64,000 nt of DNA, from assembly GCA_963666565.1 (NCBI GenBank), contig OY762911.1, positions 2,976,001 to 3,040,000 of the forward strand, given 5' to 3'. A model generated the notes under the pieces. That model was not told the origin of the DNA. It ran no database searches and saw only the letters and a program-made list of their open reading frames with translations. The DNA comes from Thermoanaerobaculia bacterium (GTDB lineage: Bacteria; Acidobacteriota; Thermoanaerobaculia; Multivoradales; Multivoraceae). Positions 38,876-48,961 of the stretch are shown here, piece by piece. How positions within the stretch are numbered: position 1 is the stretch's first letter; every line of letters begins with the position of its first letter. Position numbers and translations under genes: made by a program.

Positions 38876-39763
38876 GTGCCGAGCAGGCGAACAGCGTGCC
38901 TGATTCTGGTCGCGGCTCTCGTGGCGGGCGGAGCGGCGGCCCTGGTGGCCACGGCCGCGGCGCCGGCGCCGGCCCCGGGTCCCCAGGTCCGGGCCTCGGA
39001 CGAGCGGCGCGGCTTCCGCTACCGCAACCGCTACTCGCTGCCGCCGGAGGCGATGCCGCTGTTCGAGCGGCACCTGCCGCGGCCGGTCCACCCGGACGAG
39101 GTGCTCCGGGAGTTCTACTTCACCCGTCTCGCCTACAGCGGCAGTCCCTACATGGGCCGGGGCAGTTGGTCGGTGGACTTCCCCAAGGCCGACGTGCAGT
39201 TCATGATCGGCCTGAAGCGGCTGCTCGACCAACTGGACGCCTACGACTACTACAACGCGCGCCAGGCCACGGATCCGGAGCTCTACCGGTTCCCCTTCCT
39301 CTACTCGGTCGAGGTCGGCCACATGGCGCTCCGGGAGGACGAGCGCGAGGCCCTGCGCCGGTACCTGCTCGCCGGCGGCTTCTGGGTCATCGACGACTTC
39401 TGGGGCACCTGGGAATGGGCGAACCTGGAGCGCGAGCTGTCGCTGCTCCTGCCCGGGTACGCGATCGTCGAGATCCCTCTCGACCACCCGATCTTCCACT
39501 GCTTCTACGACGTGGAGGAGATCCTCCAGGTGCCGAACGTGGGGCAGGGGCGCTACGGCGGCCCGACCTGGGAGCAGGACGGCTTCACGCCGCACGTCCG
39601 CGGCATCTTCGACGAGCGCGGCCGGCTGATGGTCGTCATCAACTGGAACACGGATCTCGGCGACGCCTGGGAGTGGGCGGAAGACGAGTGGTATCCGGTG
39701 CGGTTCTCCCACTACGCGTACCAGATGGGAGTCAACTTCGTCGTGTACGCGATGTCGCACTGA
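38876..39763 (+). CDS. Secreted DUF4159-type protein (paralog 1)
   Basis: Signal peptide, then FYFTRLAY, WSVDFPKAD, LRRYLLAGGFWVIDDFWG, DHPIFH, INWNTDLGDAWEW and MGVNFVVYAMSH. Confidence 0.85.
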   Translation: MPSRRTACLILVAALVAGGAAALVATAAAPAPAPGPQVRASDERRGFRYRNRYSLPPEAMPLFERHLPRPVHPDEVLREFYFTRLAYSGSPYMGRGSWSVDFPKADVQFMIGLKRLLDQLDAYDYYNARQATDPELYRFPFLYSVEVGHMALREDEREALRRYLLAGGFWVIDDFWGTWEWANLERELSLLLPGYAIVEIPLDHPIFHCFYDVEEILQVPNVGQGRYGGPTWEQDGFTPHVRGIFDERGRLMVVINWNTDLGDAWEWAEDEWYPVRFSHYAYQMGVNFVVYAMSH

Positions 39764-39805
39764 GCGCGGCGACGCTTCCTCCCGGTTTCTTCCCCTTCCG
39801 TTGCC

Positions 39806-42124
39806 ATGGTCGGTCTGTTCGAGTTCCTGTTCAAGTACCGGCCGGCCCTGTTCGAGGAGGGCCGGTTCGCCTTCGTCGGCCCGGGCTGGACGCAGGCGGC
39901 GGCGCTGGTGGCCGGCGCCCTGCTCGTCGTGGCCGTCTTCACCTACCGCCGGATGCGCCCCGGTTCGGCCGAACGGACCGCCGGCGCCGAACGCCTGCGT
40001 TGGCTGCCGCCCGTGTGCCGCTCGCTGGCGATCGTCGTCGTCGTCTTCTGCCTGCTGCAGCCGGCCCTGGTGCTGTCGACCGTGGTGCCGCGGGAGACCT
40101 TCGTCGGCGTCGTGGTCGACGACTCGGGCAGCATGGCCATGCCGGACGAGGCGGCGGCCGCCGACGGCACCCGCGGCGGCGCCGTGCTGGAGGCCCTCTC
40201 CGGCGAGCCCGGCTCGATGCTGGACCGCTTGCGCGAGCGGTTCCAGGTGAGGATCCTCGCGTTCGGCCGCACGGCCGAGCGGATCGAGTCCGCGGAACAG
40301 CTCCGCTTCGCGCGGTCCGAGAGCCGGATCGGCGAGGCGCTGGTCGCCGCCGGCGACGAACTGGCCGGGCTGCCGCTCTCCGGCCTGGTGCTGTTCTCCG
40401 ACGGCGCCGACTCGGCGCCCGCCGAGCTCGGCGACGCCCTGCTCACCCTGCGCGCCGCCGGGACGCCGGTTCACACCGTCGGCGTCGGGCGGCCGCGGCT
40501 GCGGAAGGACATCGAGGTCTCGCGGGTGGTGGCCCCCCGGCGCGTGCTTCAGGGCTCCACGGTCGAGGTCGAGGTCACCCTGTCGCAGACCGGGTTCGGC
40601 GGCCGCACGGTGGACCTGGAGGTCGAGGACGACGGACGGATCGTGAACGTGGAACAGGTGACCTTCCCGCGCGGCGGTTCGGCGGTCACGGCCCGCGTCA
40701 TGTTCGCGGCGAACGACGAGGGGGCGCGGGAGTTCCGCTTCCAGGTCGCCGGCCAGCCGGGCGAGGAACTGCTGCCGAACAACGAGCGGACGGCCCTGGT
40801 GGAAGTGCTCAAGCGGAGGGAGAAGATCTTCTTCTTCGAGGGCGAGCCGCGCGACGAGTCGAAGTTCCTGCGCCGGGCGGTCGGCCTGGACGAGAACCTG
40901 CAGGTCGTGTCGATGACGAGGCAGGCGGCGAACAAGTTCTACGGCATGAACTTCGACGAGGACACGCGGCGCTTCGAGGGGTTCCCGACCCGGCGCGAGG
41001 ACCTGTTCGAGTACAGCGGCGTGATCCTGGGGAGCATGGAGGCGAGCTTCTTCACCCACGACCAGATGCGGATGCTGGTGGACTTCGCCGCCCGGCGCGG
41101 CGGCGGCGTGCTGCTTCTCGGCGGCCGGCGCGCGTTCTCCGAGGGCGGTTTCGCCGGCACGCCGCTGGCCGAGTTGTCGCCGGTCGTGCTCCGCGAGCGG
41201 TCGGCCGACGAGGGCCGCCCCGAACTGCTGACGGATCTGCGGCTCGACCTGACGCCCCAGGGGCGGGCCCACCCGGCCACGCTGCTGCGCGACGACCGCG
41301 AGGAGTCGAACGAGCTCTGGCCGACCCTGCCGGCGCTCTCCTCCTACCAGCGCGCGACCGGGATCAAGGCGGGCGCCACCGCGCTGCTCCAGGCGGAGAG
41401 CCCGATGGTCCGCGACCCGCTGATCGTCCTCGCGCACCACCGGATCGGCCGGGGACGGGCGATCGCCTTCACGCCGCACGATTCGTGGCACTGGCAGATG
41501 AGCGCCGACATCCCGCTGGAGGACCAGACCCACGAACGCCTGTGGCGGCAGATGCTGCGCTGGCTGGTGTCCTACGTGCCGGACCGGATCGAGGTCGAGG
41601 CGGACCGCGACCGGTTCGAGCCCGGCAGCACCGTCACCCTGCGGGCGACCGTGCGCGACGAGGCGTTCCGGGAGGTCAACCGGGCGCAGGTCGTGGCGGC
41701 GATCGAACTGCCGTCCGGCGAGGAGGTCGAGGCGCCGCTCGACTGGTCCGTCGAACGCGACGGGGAGTTCACGGGGACCTTCACGGCCGGCGAGCCCGGC
41801 CTCTACCGGGTGGAGGTGGACGCGAGGTCGGAAGGCGAGCTGCTCGGCGTCGCGTCCTCCCGCTTCGCCGTGGACGACCTGAACGAGGAGCTGTTCGGCG
41901 CCGCCCGCCGGGATTCCGTCCTCAAGCGGATCGCGAGCGAGTCGGGGGGCCGGCAGGTCGAGCTGGGTCAGGCGGACCGCCTGGTCGAGGACCTGTCGCT
42001 GAGCCAGGAGGGGACCGTGGTGCGGGAGGCGCGCGACCTCTGGGACATGCCGATCCTCTTTCTGGCGCTGGTGGCGCTGCTGGGCGGCGAGTGGGCCGTC
42101 AGGCGCCGCCTGGGGATGGCGTGA
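39806..42124 (+). CDS. Membrane protein with vWA, Ig-like and class-I GATase-like domains
   Basis: N-terminal TMs, MIDAS-like VVVDDSGSM and VLFSDG, NNERT, FAARRGGGVLLLGG, GRGRAIAF...SWHWQM, and C-terminal TM LWDMP...EWAVRRRLG. Confidence 0.85.
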   Translation: MVGLFEFLFKYRPALFEEGRFAFVGPGWTQAAALVAGALLVVAVFTYRRMRPGSAERTAGAERLRWLPPVCRSLAIVVVVFCLLQPALVLSTVVPRETFVGVVVDDSGSMAMPDEAAAADGTRGGAVLEALSGEPGSMLDRLRERFQVRILAFGRTAERIESAEQLRFARSESRIGEALVAAGDELAGLPLSGLVLFSDGADSAPAELGDALLTLRAAGTPVHTVGVGRPRLRKDIEVSRVVAPRRVLQGSTVEVEVTLSQTGFGGRTVDLEVEDDGRIVNVEQVTFPRGGSAVTARVMFAANDEGAREFRFQVAGQPGEELLPNNERTALVEVLKRREKIFFFEGEPRDESKFLRRAVGLDENLQVVSMTRQAANKFYGMNFDEDTRRFEGFPTRREDLFEYSGVILGSMEASFFTHDQMRMLVDFAARRGGGVLLLGGRRAFSEGGFAGTPLAELSPVVLRERSADEGRPELLTDLRLDLTPQGRAHPATLLRDDREESNELWPTLPALSSYQRATGIKAGATALLQAESPMVRDPLIVLAHHRIGRGRAIAFTPHDSWHWQMSADIPLEDQTHERLWRQMLRWLVSYVPDRIEVEADRDRFEPGSTVTLRATVRDEAFREVNRAQVVAAIELPSGEEVEAPLDWSVERDGEFTGTFTAGEPGLYRVEVDARSEGELLGVASSRFAVDDLNEELFGAARRDSVLKRIASESGGRQVELGQADRLVEDLSLSQEGTVVREARDLWDMPILFLALVALLGGEWAVRRRLGMA

Positions 42125-43164
42125 CGCGCCCGGGGCCGCGCCGCGGGACCGCCCTGGCCGCGCTGGCCGCCCCGGCGGCGGCGGCCTGCCTGCTCTGCGC
42201 GGCGCCGCTCCGCGCCGACACCCACCTGCTGGTCGTCGCCGGGGTCGGCGGCGAGGAGGCCTACACGGGACGCTTCCACCTGTGGTCGACGCGGGTCGTC
42301 GACGCGGCGCTCGCCGCCGGGCTCAGTCCGGAGAACGTCGTGTACCTGGGCGAGCGCGAGGACCTCGATCCCGAGCGGATCGGCGCGCGTTCGACCGGCG
42401 AGAACGTGCTGGCCGAGATCGCCGCCATCGCCGAGCGGTCGACCGCGGGCGACGACGTCTGGATCGTTCTCTTCGGCCACGGCAGCGGCGCCGCGGGGCC
42501 GCCGCGGTTCAACCTGCCCGGCCGGGACCTGATCGCCGAGGAGTACGCCGCGGCGCTGGAGCAGCTTCCGGACCGGCGGATCGTGTTCGTCAACGCGAGT
42601 TCCGCGTCCGGCGGCTTCATCGCGCCCCTGTCGCAAGAGGGCCGGGTCGTCATCACGGCGACGAAGTCGGGCGGGCAGAGCAACGAGTCGCTGTTCGGCG
42701 GCTATCTGGCGGAGGCATTCGACGGCGCCGCGGGGGACGCGAACAAGGACGGCCGGACCTCGGCGCTCGAGGCGTTCGCCTTCGCCCAGCGCGAGATCGA
42801 GCGCTACTACCGGGAGACCGGCCTGTTGCGGACCGAGAACGCCCTCCTCGACGACGACGGCGACGGCTCGGGCAGCACGGAACCGGCCGGCGTGGAGGCG
42901 TCAGAGGCGGTCGACGGCCGGCTCGCGAGCCTGCTCTACCTGGGCCAGGAGGCGGCGCCTGCGGCGCTCACCGCCGAGGCGCGGGAACTGGCGGAGCGCC
43001 GCGAGGGAATCCAGCGGCGGATCGACGAACTGCGCCTGCAGCGGGAAACGCTGGACGAGGACGTCTACCTGAGCGAACTCCAGGAACTGATGATCGAACT
43101 AGCGCTCGTCGACCGCGAACTGGAAGAGGCGACCGGCGACGGCGACGGGGCGCCCGAACCATGA
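42121..43164 (+). CDS. Secreted caspase-fold (clan CD, C13-like) protein with a C-terminal coiled coil
   Basis: GTGA overlap and signal peptide. LLVVAGVGG, VWIVLFGHGS, VFVNASSASGGFI, RVVITAT and DANKDGRTSALEAF. Hidden inside ORF 38896..43164. Confidence 0.8.
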   Translation: MTRPGPRRGTALAALAAPAAAACLLCAAPLRADTHLLVVAGVGGEEAYTGRFHLWSTRVVDAALAAGLSPENVVYLGEREDLDPERIGARSTGENVLAEIAAIAERSTAGDDVWIVLFGHGSGAAGPPRFNLPGRDLIAEEYAAALEQLPDRRIVFVNASSASGGFIAPLSQEGRVVITATKSGGQSNESLFGGYLAEAFDGAAGDANKDGRTSALEAFAFAQREIERYYRETGLLRTENALLDDDGDGSGSTEPAGVEASEAVDGRLASLLYLGQEAAPAALTAEARELAERREGIQRRIDELRLQRETLDEDVYLSELQELMIELALVDRELEEATGDGDGAPEP

Positions 43165-46115
43165 TCTCGCCCGCTGGGTGCGCGGGTCTTCCGACCCGCC
43201 GCCGCCGAAGGCGGCTTGGGAAGCGCGCCGGCCGCAAGGCCGACTCGTCTCTCGTCGCCGGCCTTCAGCCGGCGGTCCGGTTCTTCGGGCTGCGCCGCTT
43301 CGCGGCTTCGCCCCTGGGCGGGTCGGAAGACCCGCGCACCCAGCGGGCGCCGGCGGCTGGAACCGCCGCGGCCGCCCTGGCGCTCGCCCTCGCCTGGCCG
43401 CTGGCCGCCCAGGAACCGGCGTCGCTGGACGACGTCGAGTCGATGCTCCGCACCGGCCGGTACGAGGACGCGATCTCCGGCCTGGAGGCTTCCGCGGGCG
43501 GCGGAGATGCGCCGGCGCCGCGCGCGCTGAAGTTGCTGGCGGAAGCCCTGACCGCCACCGGGCGCTACGAGGAGGCCGCCGCGGCGTTCGAGGGCGTCGA
43601 CGCCGCGAAGCTGGGCCTCGGCGTCCTGCGCGGCCGCGTCGCGTTGCTCGCCGGCAACCGCGAGGGCGCCCGGCGGCACTTCGAGGCGGCGCGCGCCGCC
43701 GGCGGCGGCGACGCCATCGTCGCCTCGTTCGAACTCGCGCTGCTGGCCTGGGACCGCGGCGAGATGGAACAGGCCGAGACGGGCTTCTACGCGATGATCG
43801 ACGCCTACAACCGGGGCGCGGCCGACACGGCCGAGGAGGTCCTCGCGGTCGCCCGCGCCTGCCAGTTGCTGGGGCGCGACGACCCGGAGCTGTTCAAGGA
43901 CGCGCTCCGGGCCTACGACGAGGCGGTGGCCCTCGACCCGTCGTGGCCCGCGCCCCGGATTCGCCTCGGGGAGCTGTTCCTGGAGAAGTACGACAGCTCG
44001 CAGGCCCGCGCCTCGATCGCCGACGTGCTGCGGTCGAACCCCCGCCACCCGGAGGCCCTGCTGGCGATGGCGCGGACGATGCGCTTCGACGGCGACCCGC
44101 GGGCGGGCGACACTCTGGACGCGGCCCTGGAGGTGAACCCGAACCTGATCGCGGCCCGGGTGTTCCGGGCGCGGCTCCGCCTGGCCTCGGAGCGGTTCGG
44201 GGAGGCCCGCGAAGAGGCGGAGAAGGCGATCCGGGCCGATCCCGAATCGCTCGCCGCCCGGACGGTGCTGGCCGCCGTCGAGTTCATCGAGGGCCGCGAG
44301 GAGGAGTTCGCCCGCCTGCGCGACGGCATCCTGGCGGACAACCCGCGCTACGCCGACCTGTTCAACGAACTCGCCGACGCCAGCGTCGAGAACCGGCTCT
44401 ACCCGCAGGCGCGGGACTTCGCCGCCGAGGCGGTGCGGCTCGACCCGAAGTCCTGGCGCGGCTACGGCCTGCTCGGCCTGAACCAGCTTCGCCTGGGGGA
44501 GATCGAGGCCGGGAAGGCCAACCTGGAGCGGGCCTTCGCCGGCGATCCGTACAACGTGTGGATCAAGAACACGCTGGATCTCGTCGACACCTTCGGCCAG
44601 TACCGGACGGTGCAGAGCGAGCACTTCGAGTTCCACATCCACGACAGCGAGGCCGACCTGCTGGCGCCGTACATGGTCGCGCTGGCGGAGGAGGCCTGGG
44701 CGGCGCTGGTCGAGCGCTACCGGTTCGAGCCGCCGGCGCCGGTCCGGGTGGAGGTCTACCCCTCGCACGCCGACTTCTCGGTCCGCACGGTCGGTCTCGC
44801 CGGGCTGGGCGCCCTGGGCGTCTGCTTCGGCCCGGTGCTGGCCCTCGATTCGCCGTCGGCCCGCCAGGTCGGCCACTTTAACTGGGGCTCCACGCTCTGG
44901 CACGAACTCGCCCACACCTTCACCCTGCTGACGACCGACGCGAAGATCCCGCGCTGGCTGACGGAGGGCCTGTCCGTGCTCGAGGAACGGCGCGGGCGCC
45001 CCGGCTGGGGCGACGACGTGCAGATCCCCTTCGTCACCTCGCTGCGCGACGGGGAACTGCTCGGCATCGCCGACCTGAACGACGGCTTCATGCGGCCGAA
45101 GTTCCCGAACCAGATCGCCCTGTCCTACTATCAGGCCTCGCTGATCTGCGACTGGATCGAGGAGAACTACGGCTTCGACGCGATCCTCGTCATGCTCGCC
45201 GGCTACCGGGACGGCAAGGACACGGAACAGGTGTTCCAGGAGGCGATGTCGCTGTCGCTCGAGAGCTTCGACGAGCGCTTCTTCGGCCATCTGCGGGAGC
45301 GCTTCGCCGGCGCCGTGGCGGCTCTGGGCGACGCGCCCGGGCCGGGCGGCGAACAGGCGGAGGACGAAGAGGGATCCGGCGAAGGCGGGCCGTCCCGGGG
45401 CCCGCGGCGGAACCGGTTCGCGGGCCAGGCGCCCGATCTCGCGGCGCTCGAACGGGCCGCGAAGGAGAATCCCGGCGACTTCCGCGTCCAGATGACCTAC
45501 GGCAACGCCCTCTTCTCCGAGGAGCGCTACGACGAGGCGGAAGCGCCGCTCCTGCGCGGCCGCGACCTCTTCCCCGAGTTCGTCGGCCCCGGCAACGCCT
45601 ACGCGCTGCTGGCCGCCATCTACCGGGAGCAGGAACGCGACCAAGAGGCGATGGACGTGCTGGAGGCGCTGATCCGGCACAACGAGACGGCCTGGGACGA
45701 GCACCTGGCGCTGGCCGACCTCCTGGCCGACGCCGGCCGGAGCGAGGAGGAAGCCGGCATCCTGGAGCGGACCCTCTACATCTCGCCCTTCGACGCGGAC
45801 GTGCATCGCCGTCTCGCGGAACTGGCCTCCGCGGACGGCCGGTTCGAGGCCGCCGTGCGCGAGCGCGCCGCCCTGGTCGCGCTCGACCCGCCCGACCGCG
45901 CCGGCGCCCTGTACGAACTGGCGCTGGCCCAACGGAACGCGGGCCGGCCGGAGCAGGCCCGCCGCAGCGTGCTGCGGTCCCTCGAGGTGGCGCCGGGGTA
46001 CGATCCGGCGCAGGCGCTGCTGCTCGACCTGGTCGGGAAGGCCCCGGCCGGGAACGGACGGCAGTCGGAGACGGGCGAGGCGCCCGGGCTGTTGGAAGGA
46101 GCGGAAGGGCCGTGA
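43161..46115 (+). CDS. Secreted TPR-repeat protein with a gluzincin (peptidase MA-like) domain
   Basis: ATGA overlap. Many TPR-like helices flank TLWHELAHTF...PRWLTEGLS (HExxH plus a downstream E). Confidence 0.88.
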   Translation: MISPAGCAGLPTRRRRRRLGKRAGRKADSSLVAGLQPAVRFFGLRRFAASPLGGSEDPRTQRAPAAGTAAAALALALAWPLAAQEPASLDDVESMLRTGRYEDAISGLEASAGGGDAPAPRALKLLAEALTATGRYEEAAAAFEGVDAAKLGLGVLRGRVALLAGNREGARRHFEAARAAGGGDAIVASFELALLAWDRGEMEQAETGFYAMIDAYNRGAADTAEEVLAVARACQLLGRDDPELFKDALRAYDEAVALDPSWPAPRIRLGELFLEKYDSSQARASIADVLRSNPRHPEALLAMARTMRFDGDPRAGDTLDAALEVNPNLIAARVFRARLRLASERFGEAREEAEKAIRADPESLAARTVLAAVEFIEGREEEFARLRDGILADNPRYADLFNELADASVENRLYPQARDFAAEAVRLDPKSWRGYGLLGLNQLRLGEIEAGKANLERAFAGDPYNVWIKNTLDLVDTFGQYRTVQSEHFEFHIHDSEADLLAPYMVALAEEAWAALVERYRFEPPAPVRVEVYPSHADFSVRTVGLAGLGALGVCFGPVLALDSPSARQVGHFNWGSTLWHELAHTFTLLTTDAKIPRWLTEGLSVLEERRGRPGWGDDVQIPFVTSLRDGELLGIADLNDGFMRPKFPNQIALSYYQASLICDWIEENYGFDAILVMLAGYRDGKDTEQVFQEAMSLSLESFDERFFGHLRERFAGAVAALGDAPGPGGEQAEDEEGSGEGGPSRGPRRNRFAGQAPDLAALERAAKENPGDFRVQMTYGNALFSEERYDEAEAPLLRGRDLFPEFVGPGNAYALLAAIYREQERDQEAMDVLEALIRHNETAWDEHLALADLLADAGRSEEEAGILERTLYISPFDADVHRRLAELASADGRFEAAVRERAALVALDPPDRAGALYELALAQRNAGRPEQARRSVLRSLEVAPGYDPAQALLLDLVGKAPAGNGRQSETGEAPGLLEGAEGP
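43168..43349. mobile_element. 182-bp REPIN/MITE-like element with perfect 33-bp terminal inverted repeats, inside a CDS
   Basis: 43168-43200 (CGCCCGCTGGGTGCGCGGGTCTTCCGACCCGCC) is the exact reverse complement of 43317-43349. Confidence 0.78.
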
Positions 46116-46930
46116 AGCAAGCGCGCAGCAGACGCCGGACGTTCGCCGCCGTCGGGGGCCTCCTCGCGCTCGCCCTGCTGGCGGGCGTCCTGTCCGCGCG
46201 CGACGAGACCTGGCGCCGCGCCGCTCCCGAGGTGGAGACGCAGTCGTTCCCCTACTCGGGCGGCTTCACCTTCGCGCGGATCCGGTTCGAGCCGACGATC
46301 TGGGGCGGCGGCCCGTTCATGTGGGGCCTCGACCTGAAGTGGAACCACGACTATCCCTTCGCCGAGGAGAACTTCACGCGCATCGTCCAGGAAATCACCG
46401 ACATCGAGGTGCGGACGGACGGCGGCAACGTCCTCGAACTCACCGACCCGCGGCTGTTCGAGCATCCCTGGGCCTATCTCTGCGAGCCGGGCTTCTGGAA
46501 CCCCACGGAAGAGGAGCTGGAAAACCTCCGTTCCTACCTGTTCAAGGGCGGTTTCCTGGTGATCGACGACTTCTTCGACGTGCGCGGCTATCCCGTCCAG
46601 TGGGAGAACTTCGAGCGCCAGATGGCGCGGCTCCTGCCCGGCTACGAACTGGTCCCGCTCACCGCCGATCACCCGGTCTTCCGGGCCTTCTTCGTCCTCG
46701 AGGACATCGACTTCGACATCGAGGATCCCCGCTTCTATCCCATCCGGGGGAAGATCTACGGCGTGTTCGAGGACAACGATCCGAGCAGGCGGCTGATGGC
46801 CGTCGCCAACTACAACATGGACATCGGCGACTTCTGGGAGTGGTCGGAGACCACCTTCTACCCGGTCGACGTGACCCAGAAGGGCTTCAAGCTCGGGGTC
46901 AACTACCTGATCTACGGAATGACCCACTGA
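46112..46930 (+). CDS. Secreted DUF4159-type protein (paralog 2)
   Basis: GTGA overlap. FTFARIRF, WNHDYPFAE, LRSYLFKGGFLVIDDF, DHPVF, NYNMDIGDFWEW and LGVNYLIYGMTH. Confidence 0.85.
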   Translation: MKQARSRRRTFAAVGGLLALALLAGVLSARDETWRRAAPEVETQSFPYSGGFTFARIRFEPTIWGGGPFMWGLDLKWNHDYPFAEENFTRIVQEITDIEVRTDGGNVLELTDPRLFEHPWAYLCEPGFWNPTEEELENLRSYLFKGGFLVIDDFFDVRGYPVQWENFERQMARLLPGYELVPLTADHPVFRAFFVLEDIDFDIEDPRFYPIRGKIYGVFEDNDPSRRLMAVANYNMDIGDFWEWSETTFYPVDVTQKGFKLGVNYLIYGMTH

Positions 46931-46994
46931 GCCGCCCGCCCGAACCGCCCCGAACCGGCGCGGGCCGCCGCCTCCCCCAACGATGGAGAACTCG

Positions 46995-48061
<1,067 letters not shown>

Positions 48062-48065
<4 letters not shown>

Positions 48066-48955
48066 GCTACGGCCGGTTCGTCGACACCCGGACCCTCTCG
48101 CGCATCGGCAGTCTCGACCTGCTGGCGAAGACGGTGGTCGAGGGCTTCGTCAGCGGCCTCCACCGGTCGCCGTTCCTCGGCCGGTCGATGGACTTCGCCG
48201 AGTACCGCGCCTACCAGCCGGGCGACGACATCCGGCGCGTCGACTGGAAGCTCTTCTGCCGCACGGACCGCTTCTTCGTCAAGGAGTTCGAGGCCGACAC
48301 GAACACCAACCTGACGCTCGCGCTGGACGTCTCGCGCTCGATGGACTTCGGCACCGGCGCCCTGACCAAGCTCGACTACGGGCGCTACCTGGCCGCCTGC
48401 CTGGGCTACTTCGCGTCCAAGCAGAAGGACCGAATCGGCCTCGTCACCTTCGACAACGCGATCGTCGACTTCGTGCCGCCGGCCGCCAAGCACCTTCAGG
48501 TGGTGCTGCACACGATCGACCGCATCGAGCCCGGCGGCGGCGGCAGCCTGCGCGAGCCGCTGCTGGAGGTCGTCGACTCGGTGCGCCGGCGCAGCATGGT
48601 CGTCCTGATCTCGGACTTCTACGAGGAACCCGAGACGGTCATCCGGACCGCGGCCGGATTCCGGCACAAGGGCAACGACGTCATCCTGTTCCACCTGCTG
48701 GACCCGGCGGAACTCCGCTTCGAGTTCGACGGCGAACTCGACCTGCGGGACCTGGAGACGGGGGCCCGCGAGGCAGTCATGCCGGACGTGCTGCGCGACC
48801 AGTACCTCGAGCTGATCCGGGAGCACACCCGGACGCTGGATCGCTCGCTGGTCGAGGCGGGAATCGACTACACCCTGGTCGACATCTCGCAGCCCCTGGA
48901 CGCGGCGCTCTACAGCTACCTGTCCGCCCGGCTGTACGCGATGAAGGCGAGATAG
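48062..48955 (+). CDS. DUF58-domain protein
   Basis: GTGA overlap. GLHRSPFLGRSMDFAEYRAYQPGDDIRRVDWK, LDVSRSM and VLISDF. Confidence 0.93.
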
Positions 48956-48961
48956 GACGCC

